DNA of 64,000 nt, from NCBI GenBank assembly GCA_048941015.1, contig JBHLNZ010000010.1:11162-75161 (forward strand), written 5' to 3'. The notes under the pieces were generated by a model. The model was given only the letters and a program-made list of their open reading frames with translations, was not told where the DNA came from and ran no database searches. A program made the position numbers and the translations under genes. Numbering within the stretch: the first letter of the stretch is position 1; each line of letters begins with the position of its first letter. Of this stretch, positions 41,290-50,810 are shown one piece after another. This stretch comes from Promethearchaeota archaeon. Its GTDB lineage: Archaea; Asgardarchaeota; Lokiarchaeia; Sigyniarchaeales; SOKP01.

Positions 41290-42572
41290 TAAGTCCTTTT
41301 TTGTAGAATTTCTTTCTCATATTCTTCTACGTTTTTGATCCAATCTTTTCCAACTGGTACATCATTTTTATGACAATAAAAGTCCCAAATTGCCCCAAAT
41401 GGCAGAGTCTTAAGTTCTTCTAGTAGTGCTAATCTCTGGAAGTATTTACCACCAACTTCGTAGTCCCTTAGAAGTTCCCAAGGTTGCAGCAATGCGTATA
41501 ATATACTTTTTAATGTAGACCTTGCACCAATAACCCATGCTGCAATTCGATTGATAGAAGCATCGAAGTAGTCTAATCCTATAAAAATTTTATCTAATGC
41601 TTGACTTCGAATTACTTCTTCAGCAATTTGAATTATATCATCATTTTGAATAACTACATGATCAGAATCCCAATGTAGCCCTCTACTAACATGAAGTAAA
41701 ATTCCTTTGATGAAAGGTAAAATTGCGGAGATTTTATCTCCAACAGACTCAGTAGGATGAAAATGTCCTGAGTCAAGAGTTAACATTAGATTATTTTTTA
41801 CTGCATAACTTAAGTAGAAATCATGACTTCCTACTACATAAGCTTCACTTCCAATACCAAATAACTTTCCTTCTAATGAATCTTGTATATAATTTGGATT
41901 TACTTTTTGTTCAAAAATAGTATCCAGAGAATCCTTTAATAATTTCCTATGTCCAGCACGATCTACGGGAATGTCTTTTGAACCATCAGGAATCCAAATA
42001 TTGTGAATCACAATATCGTTCAAATTTTTTCCTATTTCAACACTAATCTCACGACATTTTTTTATGTGTTCTATCCAGAAGTTACGGATTTCAGTAGATT
42101 TGCTACTTAAAGTAAATCCTGAATTCGCTTTTGGATGAGAAAACAAAGTAGAATTAAAGTCTAATCCTAAATCTTCCCCTTTTGCCCAATCTATCCATTT
42201 TTGAAAATGTTCTATCTTAATTTCATCTCTATCTATGAGTCTGCCTCCAAAATCCCCATAAATAGCGTGTAAGCTAACCCGATGTTTACCTGGTACTAAA
42301 GAAATTGCTTTTTTAAGATCCACCTGAAGCTCTTTAATAGTTCTTGGCTTCCCAGGGTAGCTTCCCGTAGGTATTATACCTGCTCCTGCTAGACAGGAAT
42401 CTAAACTCTCAAACCCTCTGACATCATCTCCTTGCCAACAGTGAATAGACAGAGGGATGCTATTTAAAATCTCTAATACCTTATCTGTGTTAACTCCAAG
42501 CTCGATATAAATCTCTTTTGCCGACTTATAAGCATTTATTACTTTTTCTTTAGTTGCATTAATTATAATCAC
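41289..42572 (-). CDS. rhaA: L-rhamnose isomerase
   Basis: SIHCWQGDDV.GFE, IWIPDGSKD, EGKLFGIGSEAY, DSGHFHPTE, HVSRG.HWDSDH, GLDYFDASINR. Confidence 0.95.
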   Translation of the reverse strand: MIIINATKEKVINAYKSAKEIYIELGVNTDKVLEILNSIPLSIHCWQGDDVRGFESLDSCLAGAGIIPTGSYPGKPRTIKELQVDLKKAISLVPGKHRVSLHAIYGDFGGRLIDRDEIKIEHFQKWIDWAKGEDLGLDFNSTLFSHPKANSGFTLSSKSTEIRNFWIEHIKKCREISVEIGKNLNDIVIHNIWIPDGSKDIPVDRAGHRKLLKDSLDTIFEQKVNPNYIQDSLEGKLFGIGSEAYVVGSHDFYLSYAVKNNLMLTLDSGHFHPTESVGDKISAILPFIKGILLHVSRGLHWDSDHVVIQNDDIIQIAEEVIRSQALDKIFIGLDYFDASINRIAAWVIGARSTLKSILYALLQPWELLRDYEVGGKYFQRLALLEELKTLPFGAIWDFYCHKNDVPVGKDWIKNVEEYEKEILQKRT

Positions 42573-42668
42573 TTTTTATTTTAGTATCATATATCTAATG
42601 TAAAACAATAATTATAATAATAAATTAGAGTGATTTCTAAAAATTGAAAATTCTTAGAAAAATAATAA

Positions 42669-43109
42669 TCAAAATATTTCAATAAAACCTTCATCACCGT
42701 TTACTCTAACCATTGTTCCATTCTCGATTTCTTTTAAATTAGAGAGATTTATTTGATCAACGATGGGAAATTTTTGACCATAGAAAATTTCTGCAATAAT
42801 AGCACCCGAACTCATTAAAGGTTCACCAATTTCGCATACTATAGCTTTAGGTCCCACATTTCGAACTATCGTCTCTAATAGCACAAATCCTAAAGTAGTA
42901 GTTCCTATAGGGTATGGAAAAATTAATATTTTTCCTGTAACATCTTTTTTATACAATTCATGAGTTCTGTCAGCAACTTTTAATCTCCTACTTTTTTGTA
43001 CTAAAGGTATAGTGAACGCAGCACTAATACTAAAAGGTTGCTTAGTTATTAACGCTTCACCTTCAACAATTCCTTTACTAAGGCTTCTTCCTTTTATAAT
43101 TTTAGTCAT
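42669..43109 (-). CDS. Aconitase X small (swivel) subunit, DUF126
   Basis: G.VEGEAL, H.LY..DVTGKILIFP..IGTTT, GAIIA; overlaps the large subunit. Confidence 0.85.
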   Translation of the reverse strand: MTKIIKGRSLSKGIVEGEALITKQPFSISAAFTIPLVQKSRRLKVADRTHELYKKDVTGKILIFPYPIGTTTLGFVLLETIVRNVGPKAIVCEIGEPLMSSGAIIAEIFYGQKFPIVDQINLSNLKEIENGTMVRVNGDEGFIEIF

Positions 43110-44310
43110 TTTTCATACCCTCCGTTGCTATCTTTATGCAATCATCAATATTTCTATAGGTAGCATTACTATAAAAGCAAGTTTTAGCAGAATTAGTTGT
43201 TAATGGACGTGGTAAAGTAGTAAGAAGTGGACATAATGAAGTTAATTTTGCTCCAGATTTCTTTAAAATTTCATTATATTGAGAATTGATAATTTTTCTC
43301 TTACTCACTTCATTTGTACAAATCCATAAATTCATCTCCTTCATAATCTTTTTTCCTTTTAGCTTATTTAATAAATCTATTACTTCTTCTTCACTTAATT
43401 GGGGACATCCAGTTGTAATACTAACTGGTGGTTGTGTCCAATTAGTGCTATATTTTTCTCTTACTTCTTTGAGATCGTTATTATCAATTTCAATAATTTC
43501 TCCTGGTTTGTCACCCTGAAACGCACTTTTAAGATCTCTAGCTTCAGGAGTCATGCCAATTACATGAATCAGAGCAACAGCGCCAGTTGCAGCGGATGCT
43601 GCTCCTAAATTTTTTAAATTATCAGTAGTAATGTTTTTAAAACCATCTATGACTGGAATTTTATTACCTGCGATTTCTCCTATTCGTAATCCAATTGAAG
43701 TTAAATTGAAATTATCAGAATAGTCAATATCAGGAGAAATTTTAAACAATAATTCACCTTTCCTATTCTCATCTATATGTAATCCATTATAAGGAGTCTT
43801 ACCAGTGATAGCACATGCTAAATCTAAAAGACCACCTTCACGATTAGATCTTGCTCCCAAAATAGAGTTTAAATAAATAACTGCTGAGGACTCAGACCAT
43901 GCACAGTGATCACCTAATTTTGGTTTATTATCCAGAAAATAAGGAGTACAAGTAAATCCATGGACACCTATTTTTGTTAGATCTTCCATTAACTGATCAT
44001 GTAATTGAAATAATGGTATAATTGTTTTAAGTTCTTCAGCATAATCAAAATCAAGAATCGGATCTGCTGTGGTTCTTACTTTGACTTTCAGTCCTGCTTC
44101 TGCTATTTGGTGTAATACTTCAGCAGCAGCATTAACAAAATTTAAACCAAAATTCAAAACTGTGTGAGCGGAAACAATTTCAATTAATTTCTCTGCCCCA
44201 TAAGAATCTCCTAATCTAACAACTAATTTCAATAATTTTGAGAGTGTTTCACCTTTTTCGCCGTTTAAAATCGATTCTTCTTCTTTTGTTAAGAAAATTT
44301 CTTTCACCAA
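43102..44310 (-). CDS. Aconitase X catalytic subunit, DUF521
   Basis: TCTPY, WSESSA..Y.NSILGARSNREG, GCPQLS, TNSAK. Confidence 0.9.
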   Translation of the reverse strand: MVKEIFLTKEEESILNGEKGETLSKLLKLVVRLGDSYGAEKLIEIVSAHTVLNFGLNFVNAAAEVLHQIAEAGLKVKVRTTADPILDFDYAEELKTIIPLFQLHDQLMEDLTKIGVHGFTCTPYFLDNKPKLGDHCAWSESSAVIYLNSILGARSNREGGLLDLACAITGKTPYNGLHIDENRKGELLFKISPDIDYSDNFNLTSIGLRIGEIAGNKIPVIDGFKNITTDNLKNLGAASAATGAVALIHVIGMTPEARDLKSAFQGDKPGEIIEIDNNDLKEVREKYSTNWTQPPVSITTGCPQLSEEEVIDLLNKLKGKKIMKEMNLWICTNEVSKRKIINSQYNEILKKSGAKLTSLCPLLTTLPRPLTTNSAKTCFYSNATYRNIDDCIKIATEGMKND

Positions 44311-44481
44311 ATTAGAATAATAGTAATATAATATTATTTGATAAGCTTATAATTAAAATGATCCAAAAAGCATTGAATAATAACCTCTAATATAATAAAG
44401 GATATTTCAATTAATTCATATAATCTCCTTCATTCAAAAGTTTAAATTAAAATTAATTCTTAACTTGATATTTGAAAAGAA

Positions 44482-45537
44482 ATGGAAATTAAATACAATA
44501 TTGGCTCATATAAATTTGAAGTAAATCAATTCTTTCCGGAAGATTTGTTTTACAAAATTACGGATATTAGAATTTCTAATATTCAAGATATTTTACAACG
44601 TGAATATAATAATCGAATCAGAAGAAAATTACCCTGGAATGCAAATCTAGTTATAATCGCCGCTGATCATCCTGCTAGAAGAGTCACTAAAGTAGGGTCT
44701 AATGAATTAGCAATGGGTAATAGACAAGAATACTTAGGCAGAATAATTCGTGTTCTCATGCTTGATCAGGTCGATGGCATTATGGCAACGCCAGATATAA
44801 TGGATGATTTGATAATCTGCAATTATATATTCAAAAAAAGTGGTGGCAGAAGTTTCATTGACAATAAGATTCTAATAGGTAGTACTAATAGAGGTGGGCT
44901 TTTTGGTTCTCCTTATGAAATGTATGATCCCGTTACAGCTTATAATATTGATGATATAAAACATAATGAATTAGATGGTGCTAAGATGATGATTAGGATT
45001 GATTTAAATTCAAAATTTGCTAAATATAGTCAAAAAACTTTAAAAATCTGTTCAAATCTAGTAAGAAAATGTAATGAATATGGAATTCCTTCTTTCATTG
45101 AAGCTTTACCTGTAGAATACACAGATAAAGGAATCTATAAAATAAGTAAGAGTAGTATCGAACTAATTAAAACAGTGGGCATTGTAACCGCTTTAGGAGG
45201 CAGTTCAGCAAATATTTGGCTTAAGGTTCCTTATGTTAATAATTTTGAAGCAGTAGCTAAAAGTACAACCTTTCCTATATTAATTCTAGGAGGAGAAAGC
45301 CACGAAAATCCTTTTCAGTTCTTAAAAAATATAAAAACTGCTCTTTCATCAGGAGAAAATATTAAAGGATGTTTAGCTGGTAGAAATATTCTATATCCTG
45401 GTGATGATGACCCAAGAGCAGTATCATTAGGGGTTTCTAATATTATCCATCATTCCTATAGTGTAGAAGAAGCTATTGCAACCATTGCTCAAAATCGTGG
45501 AAAAGAGATGGAATTTTTGACATCTAAAATGATATAA
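44482..45537 (+). CDS. Cgl0159-like class I (beta/alpha)8 aldolase
   Basis: IAADHPAR, VDGIMATPD, NRGGL.G, DGAKMM, LGGSSA.IWLKVP. Confidence 0.75.
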   Translation: MEIKYNIGSYKFEVNQFFPEDLFYKITDIRISNIQDILQREYNNRIRRKLPWNANLVIIAADHPARRVTKVGSNELAMGNRQEYLGRIIRVLMLDQVDGIMATPDIMDDLIICNYIFKKSGGRSFIDNKILIGSTNRGGLFGSPYEMYDPVTAYNIDDIKHNELDGAKMMIRIDLNSKFAKYSQKTLKICSNLVRKCNEYGIPSFIEALPVEYTDKGIYKISKSSIELIKTVGIVTALGGSSANIWLKVPYVNNFEAVAKSTTFPILILGGESHENPFQFLKNIKTALSSGENIKGCLAGRNILYPGDDDPRAVSLGVSNIIHHSYSVEEAIATIAQNRGKEMEFLTSKMI

Positions 45538-45660
45538 ACTCCATATTTACCCATAATTAAAATTATAGAATTATGCATTTTCTCTTCTTATTAAACAATT
45601 TCGAATAATTTATAGAAAATTACAAGAAAATTATTAAAATATTAGTTCTTTAAAGAAATT

Positions 45661-46356
45661 ATGAGAAAAGAAGATTTATTAAAGCCTTCTGAATCTAATT
45701 TTATTAAGAATTCTGATATCTCTATTAAGGATTCGAATGAAATCCCTACAGGAACGTTTAAATCAGGTACTACAACTGTTGGATTGGTCTGCAAGGATGC
45801 TGTTATTTTAGGAACAGATAAAAGAGCTACAATGGCTTACTTTATAGCTAGCAAAACAGCTGAAAAATTACATAAAATTCAAGATCATCTTTATATGACT
45901 ATAGCAGGGTCTGTAGCAGATGCTCAATATCTTATTGATGTTTTACGTGCTGAAACTATGCTTTATCAATTAAAAGAAGAGAAAAAGATTAAAGTGAAAA
46001 GTGCCGGAAAACTATTAGCTAACATATTATATCAGAATAAAATGTTTCCTTACGAAGTTGGACTAATTTTAGGCGGAGTTACAGAAGAAGAAGGGCCCTT
46101 ATTATTAGACATTGCGGCTTATGGCTCAATTTTACCTGAGAAATTTTGCGCTGTTGGTAGTGGACAAAACTTTTCTTATGGCGTATTAGAGGCAAAATAT
46201 AAAGATGGTTTAAGTATTGAAGAGGGTAAAGATATTATAAAAAAGGCTATTTCATCTTCAATAATCCGCGATATGGCCAGTGGCAATGGTATAGATATAG
46301 CTGTAGTTAAACAAGATGGTCCCGCAGAAAGGGAATTTATTCCTATAAAAGAATAA
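45661..46356 (+). CDS. psmB: Proteasome subunit beta
   Basis: KSG|TTTVG, DKRAT, AGSVADAQ, GSG, RD.ASG. Confidence 0.96.
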   Translation: MRKEDLLKPSESNFIKNSDISIKDSNEIPTGTFKSGTTTVGLVCKDAVILGTDKRATMAYFIASKTAEKLHKIQDHLYMTIAGSVADAQYLIDVLRAETMLYQLKEEKKIKVKSAGKLLANILYQNKMFPYEVGLILGGVTEEEGPLLLDIAAYGSILPEKFCAVGSGQNFSYGVLEAKYKDGLSIEEGKDIIKKAISSSIIRDMASGNGIDIAVVKQDGPAEREFIPIKE

Positions 46357-46589
46357 GAAGCAACATCATTTTTATTCACACTTCTATTTTTAGTTCTTAT
46401 CCAGAATTTTAAATATTACCAAAGGATAAACTTTAAATAAATGGATTTAGAAATCTTTATAAGAATAACATATCTTTATAAAAATAAATTATATATTATA
46501 AAGTTAGATTAGTTATCTCGTTAAAAACGAAGACTTTCGTTCAATACTACTAAATATACACATAAATTGTAACTTGGAGATTCATCAAA

Positions 46590-47321
46590 ATGAGCTATAG
46601 TATTATAGTAGATCTCTCTCACAAAGAAAAGATAGAAGAATTCCCCGATTTCGCATTAGATGAAGAAGATTATGAAGTCGATTATATAGATAAGAATGAA
46701 GGTCCTATCGATTTTGAAATGCTTGAAGACTATGATATCTTATTTATTGGAAATATTCAAGCTACTCAAAATGGAAAAGATGATAAGTTTACTAAGGAAG
46801 AATTATTAGCAATCAAAAAGTTTATCGGAGAAGGTGGAGGCTTATTCTTAACCAGTGGAGATGGCGGGGACAGAGATGTACCAATGAAACTTGGTTCTAT
46901 TAGAGTATTATATAAAATAACTGGTGTACGGAAATTTTGGAATGGAATTATTCAAGAATCAACTTCAAATTTTCTTGTTAATCGAGATAATGTTTTAATT
47001 AATGAATTTTATGCTCATCCTATTACCGATGGAATTACAGCATTAGTCCTCCCTAACTGCACTTTTTTTACAATCACAGAAGAGGATATTGAAGATATCA
47101 TTGTGACCTCTGAAAAAGCAGAATTTAAATACTATTTTGATAATGATACTGGTGCAATTGGTCCTGTACCTATATGTGTAGTTTCTGAATTTTTTAATGG
47201 ACGATGTGTTACAGTTGGATCATCAGATTGGTTAATTGAAGATAGCGATTATGGTTTGGATGCTGAAGATAATTTGAAATTTCTGACAAATATTTTGGAA
47301 TGGTTGTCTTTCGAAACCTAA
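46590..47321 (+). CDS. Stand-alone GIFT/DUF4350-like (GATase-like fold) protein
   Basis: IIVDLSHKE, YDILFI, FTKEELLAIKKFIGEGGGL, HPITDG, GRCVTVGSSD, DNLKFLTNILEWL. Confidence 0.65.
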   Translation: MSYSIIVDLSHKEKIEEFPDFALDEEDYEVDYIDKNEGPIDFEMLEDYDILFIGNIQATQNGKDDKFTKEELLAIKKFIGEGGGLFLTSGDGGDRDVPMKLGSIRVLYKITGVRKFWNGIIQESTSNFLVNRDNVLINEFYAHPITDGITALVLPNCTFFTITEEDIEDIIVTSEKAEFKYYFDNDTGAIGPVPICVVSEFFNGRCVTVGSSDWLIEDSDYGLDAEDNLKFLTNILEWLSFET

Positions 47322-47360
47322 ATCAATATTGATATTAATTTTAGTGTCATATTTTATACT

Positions 47361-48473
47361 ATGGTATTTAAAGTTCTTCGTCCAGATTCTTATAGTGTCT
47401 GGAAAGATGAAGAAATCCTTAAACGGTTTCACAGATATAGAAGTATTATAGATAATAAAGAAATTGCTAGATTTCAATTAGCTAAAACGATCGAATGTGA
47501 TTTTAATCCCCATGATAATATAGAAAACCTTGAAGAACTTTTGAGAAGTAAATCTTTGGAATTTAAAGAATTGATTAAATATAAAACTGAAAAGTTGAAA
47601 AATCGAAAAATATATTCTAAGAATTACATTAATTTAGCAGAACATCTAGCTAAAAAGTATCTAGAAAATTGTATTTTTTGTGAAAGAAAATGCCAGATTA
47701 ATAGAATCGATGGAGAAAAAGGTTTTTGTTTGATTTCGAAAGACTCTTATGTATCATCTGCATTCTTACATATGGGTGAAGAAGCCCCTCTTATTCCAAG
47801 TGGTACTATTTTTTTCCAAGGATGCAATTTTGGATGTGTCTTCTGTCAGAATTATGATATCTCTCAAACTTGGAAAGGCAAGAGAGAGTTAGATGATGTT
47901 GCGCAAAAGATTGACCCAAAACAATTGGCAACCTTAGCAGATAAATTAGTAGACAAAGGGGCAATAAATATTAATTATGTAGGAGGCGATCCTATCCCAA
48001 ATATTCATACGATAATAGGGAGTCTCAATTATCAACAATCAAATATTTGCCAGTTATGGAATTCTAATTTTTACTTGACTGATAAGGCACTTTCATTAAT
48101 CATTGATTTAATGGATTTTTGGTTACCCGATTTTAAGTACGGAAATAATCAATGCGCTGAGAAATATTCTGGAATAAAAAATTATTTCGATTTTGTATCT
48201 CGAAATCATAAACGAATTCATAATGAGGGAAGTGGTGAAATCATTATTCGACATCTCGTAATGCCTGACCATATTGAATGTTGTAGTAAACCTATTTTAA
48301 ATTTTATTGCAAACGAGGTTCCAAACTGTGTAGTTAATATAATGTCTCAATTCCGGCCACAATTTAAGACTTCTCAGTATCCTGAGATAAATAGAAGGCC
48401 TACAATCGCAGAAATGCACTTAGTAAAAAATTACGCTGAAGAATTAGGAATCCTCTGGAAACCTGTTTCTTAA
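47361..48473 (+). CDS. pflX: Radical SAM protein, PflX family
   Basis: C.FCERKC, HMGEE, SGTIFF.GCNFGCVFCQN, DFKYGN, RHLVMP.H..CC. Confidence 0.88.
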   Translation: MVFKVLRPDSYSVWKDEEILKRFHRYRSIIDNKEIARFQLAKTIECDFNPHDNIENLEELLRSKSLEFKELIKYKTEKLKNRKIYSKNYINLAEHLAKKYLENCIFCERKCQINRIDGEKGFCLISKDSYVSSAFLHMGEEAPLIPSGTIFFQGCNFGCVFCQNYDISQTWKGKRELDDVAQKIDPKQLATLADKLVDKGAININYVGGDPIPNIHTIIGSLNYQQSNICQLWNSNFYLTDKALSLIIDLMDFWLPDFKYGNNQCAEKYSGIKNYFDFVSRNHKRIHNEGSGEIIIRHLVMPDHIECCSKPILNFIANEVPNCVVNIMSQFRPQFKTSQYPEINRRPTIAEMHLVKNYAEELGILWKPVS

Positions 48474-48477
48474 TGAT

Positions 48478-48798
48478 TTATTTATTTATCCTGAGATCTT
48501 TAATCTCTAATAAACTAAAATCCTTATTAAATACGAATTTATCCTTGTAATGCTCAGTATATAAATCATCCATTTCTGGAGTGTGTAAGAATTCTGTTTC
48601 TGTATATATTTCATAAATACAAATTACTTCATAGTTGATTCTCTCTTGATCCACTAATTTCTTTATTTCATTTATTTTGAACTTAGCTAATGTTCTATAA
48701 TATAAATGATCAGTTCCCTTCCTTGCATGCTCTCCTAAATTCCTTAACTTATAAATCTCCTCTTTGATAATTTGCTTAAATTTCTCACGATTTTCCAT
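48478..48798 (-). CDS. Hypothetical protein
   Basis: 106-aa ORF with plausible composition, filling an intergenic gap. Confidence 0.6.
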   Translation of the reverse strand: MENREKFKQIIKEEIYKLRNLGEHARKGTDHLYYRTLAKFKINEIKKLVDQERINYEVICIYEIYTETEFLHTPEMDDLYTEHYKDKFVFNKDFSLLEIKDLRINK

Positions 48799-48842
48799 AA
48801 TTATTTTAGCTTAAGAAGTCGCCTTTTAATTTTAAAAATAAT

Positions 48843-49477
48843 TTAATTTCTTGTTCTATATCTATTAATCGCAATATATAGAGATCCTATAATTATCCCT
48901 ACTATTAACAAGAAAGAAACACTTATTAGATATCTTAAAATACCGAGGCTTTCAATATCTAAAAAAGGGTATAAGTAATCCCCTGTAAATATTCCATTTA
49001 TTAACGAAAACAATAAATAACCTATTGGATAAATAATCCAATAAAGAAAATATTTCCATTTATATCTGAACTGATTTTCCGTAAATAGCCAATCCACTAT
49101 AAAAGCAATTGGGGCACATAATGCAAGATAAGATTACTGAATGCAGCCCATCCTGTAGGGTGATAAAAAATCTGTAATAGGATTGCAAAGAAGACAAATG
49201 TTGTGGTAATATAGAGAGTAAATGCTCCCTTCAAAGATCCCATAATTTTCTTAAGATAATCTGGTTTATTATACCAAATAATTGCTAATGTAAACCATAT
49301 AGAAACTAATAAATTCGTCTGCATGGTATAATATTTAAAGTTCAATAACCAAACGAGAGGCATCCCCGAAGTTATTGTATTGATGAAAAATCCAACTACT
49401 ATTGTAAACCAGCTTAAAGTAACGATAATTATTCTATATAATAGAACTATTTTGTTTGAAATAATCATTTTTTTCAT
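48843..49477 (-). pseudogene. Pr6Pr / FAR-17a-AIG1-like membrane protein split by a 1-nt frameshift
   Basis: YYTMQTN...LH in the upstream ORF and DW...YP..Y...YPFLD in the downstream ORF; one extra C in the CCCC run (49111-49114) fuses them into HYVPPIAFIVDW. Confidence 0.75.
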
Positions 49478-49673
49478 CTTAAAAGACCTTAATTAATTGA
49501 TGATTATAGTCTTAAATAAGATTCTTAAATAAAAATTATTTCTTTTTGAGGATTTTAATATATCATTTCCAATGCTTCTAAAACTATACAGAAAAATCTA
49601 AAAGGAATTAAATATTTCAGAATTTAACTGTCTACTAAATATAATAAATTAATTTCATTGATGGAATTGAATA

Positions 49674-50786
49674 TTGATGAGCCTTAAGTTAGAAGATGTA
49701 AAAGGGCTTGGTAAAAAAGCCGAAGATCTAAGGAAAGTAGGAATTGATTCTGTAGAAAAGTTAGCAAACACAAAAGTCGATGATCTACTTAAAATAAAAG
49801 GTATTGGAAAAGCTTCTGCTGATAAATTCATAACAAGTGCTAAGGAGTTAATTAGTGGAGGATCAATTGAGCCCAAGAAGTTATCAGAATCAGCTGCATT
49901 AGCAGAAGAAGATAAAAAAGGTAAAGAGGAACTTAAAAGGTTAGAAGAAAAAAGAAAGAAATTAGAAGGAAAAAAAGTTGAGAATGATGATTTTGTTTTG
50001 GTTAAAATAACTGGCAAAACTCAACGTGGCACAATTTTCCGTGTTTCTTCTGAAGAAGATGCTAAAAAAGCAGGTATATATGATGATCAAAAAGCAAAAC
50101 AAGGCTATTACACTCCAGAGTTTGTAATTGTTGGTAAACCAGGTTTTTTAAATGAGGGATTAACAGAAACTTTACAAGATATGAATTATTTTGAAAAAAA
50201 ATCAGTAAGAGTTCCTCCTTCAAAAGCGTTTGGTAGAAGAGATCCTCAGAAAATTGAAAGAATTGGTATTGCTAAATTTAGAAAATTAAATGATGGTAAA
50301 AATCCTGAAATTGGACAAGAATTCATCAAGAAGGGGACTGGTCAAAGAGGAGTAGTTACAAACATCTTACAAGGAAGAGTAATAGTTGATTATAATCATC
50401 CATTAGCTGGGCAATCAATCGATTATAACTTAGAAGTAGTAGAAAAAATAGAAGAATTCGATGAAAAAATAGAATATTTTATGATTTCAAAGGGTATTCC
50501 AAAAGAAAATGTAAAGGATTTTAAGATTAATTACAATAAGGATAATAAATTATTGGAAATCACTATACCTAAGATGTTCCTTTTTCAGAATTTAACATAT
50601 ATAAAGTTTGGGTTAGCTTTAGACTTGCAAACTCATATGAGTGATGAAATAAATGATGTTAAGTTTATAGAGATCTATGAAAAAATGCCAATCCCTGAAA
50701 GCCCAGCTGACTCTGTTAACCAAAAAGTTGAAGAATTCAATATAGAGCAAGAAGAGAACACTGGAAAGGAGAAAAATAAAAATTAA
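49674..50786 (+). CDS. slyD: Long archaeal FKBP-type PPIase with an extra N-terminal helix-hairpin-helix domain
   Basis: N-terminal LEDVKGLG...LLKIKGIG; core VPPSKAFGRRDP, VDYNHPLAG. Confidence 0.88.
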   Translation: MMSLKLEDVKGLGKKAEDLRKVGIDSVEKLANTKVDDLLKIKGIGKASADKFITSAKELISGGSIEPKKLSESAALAEEDKKGKEELKRLEEKRKKLEGKKVENDDFVLVKITGKTQRGTIFRVSSEEDAKKAGIYDDQKAKQGYYTPEFVIVGKPGFLNEGLTETLQDMNYFEKKSVRVPPSKAFGRRDPQKIERIGIAKFRKLNDGKNPEIGQEFIKKGTGQRGVVTNILQGRVIVDYNHPLAGQSIDYNLEVVEKIEEFDEKIEYFMISKGIPKENVKDFKINYNKDNKLLEITIPKMFLFQNLTYIKFGLALDLQTHMSDEINDVKFIEIYEKMPIPESPADSVNQKVEEFNIEQEENTGKEKNKN

Positions 50787-50810
50787 AATTTTAAGGAAAT
50801 TTATGTAATA

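Noticed and set aside
46526-46541. Inverted repeat AACGAA-GACT-TTCGTT upstream of the GIFT-like gene
   Set aside because: Single 6-bp-arm occurrence with no second copy noticed; could be an operator but is not distinguishable from chance.
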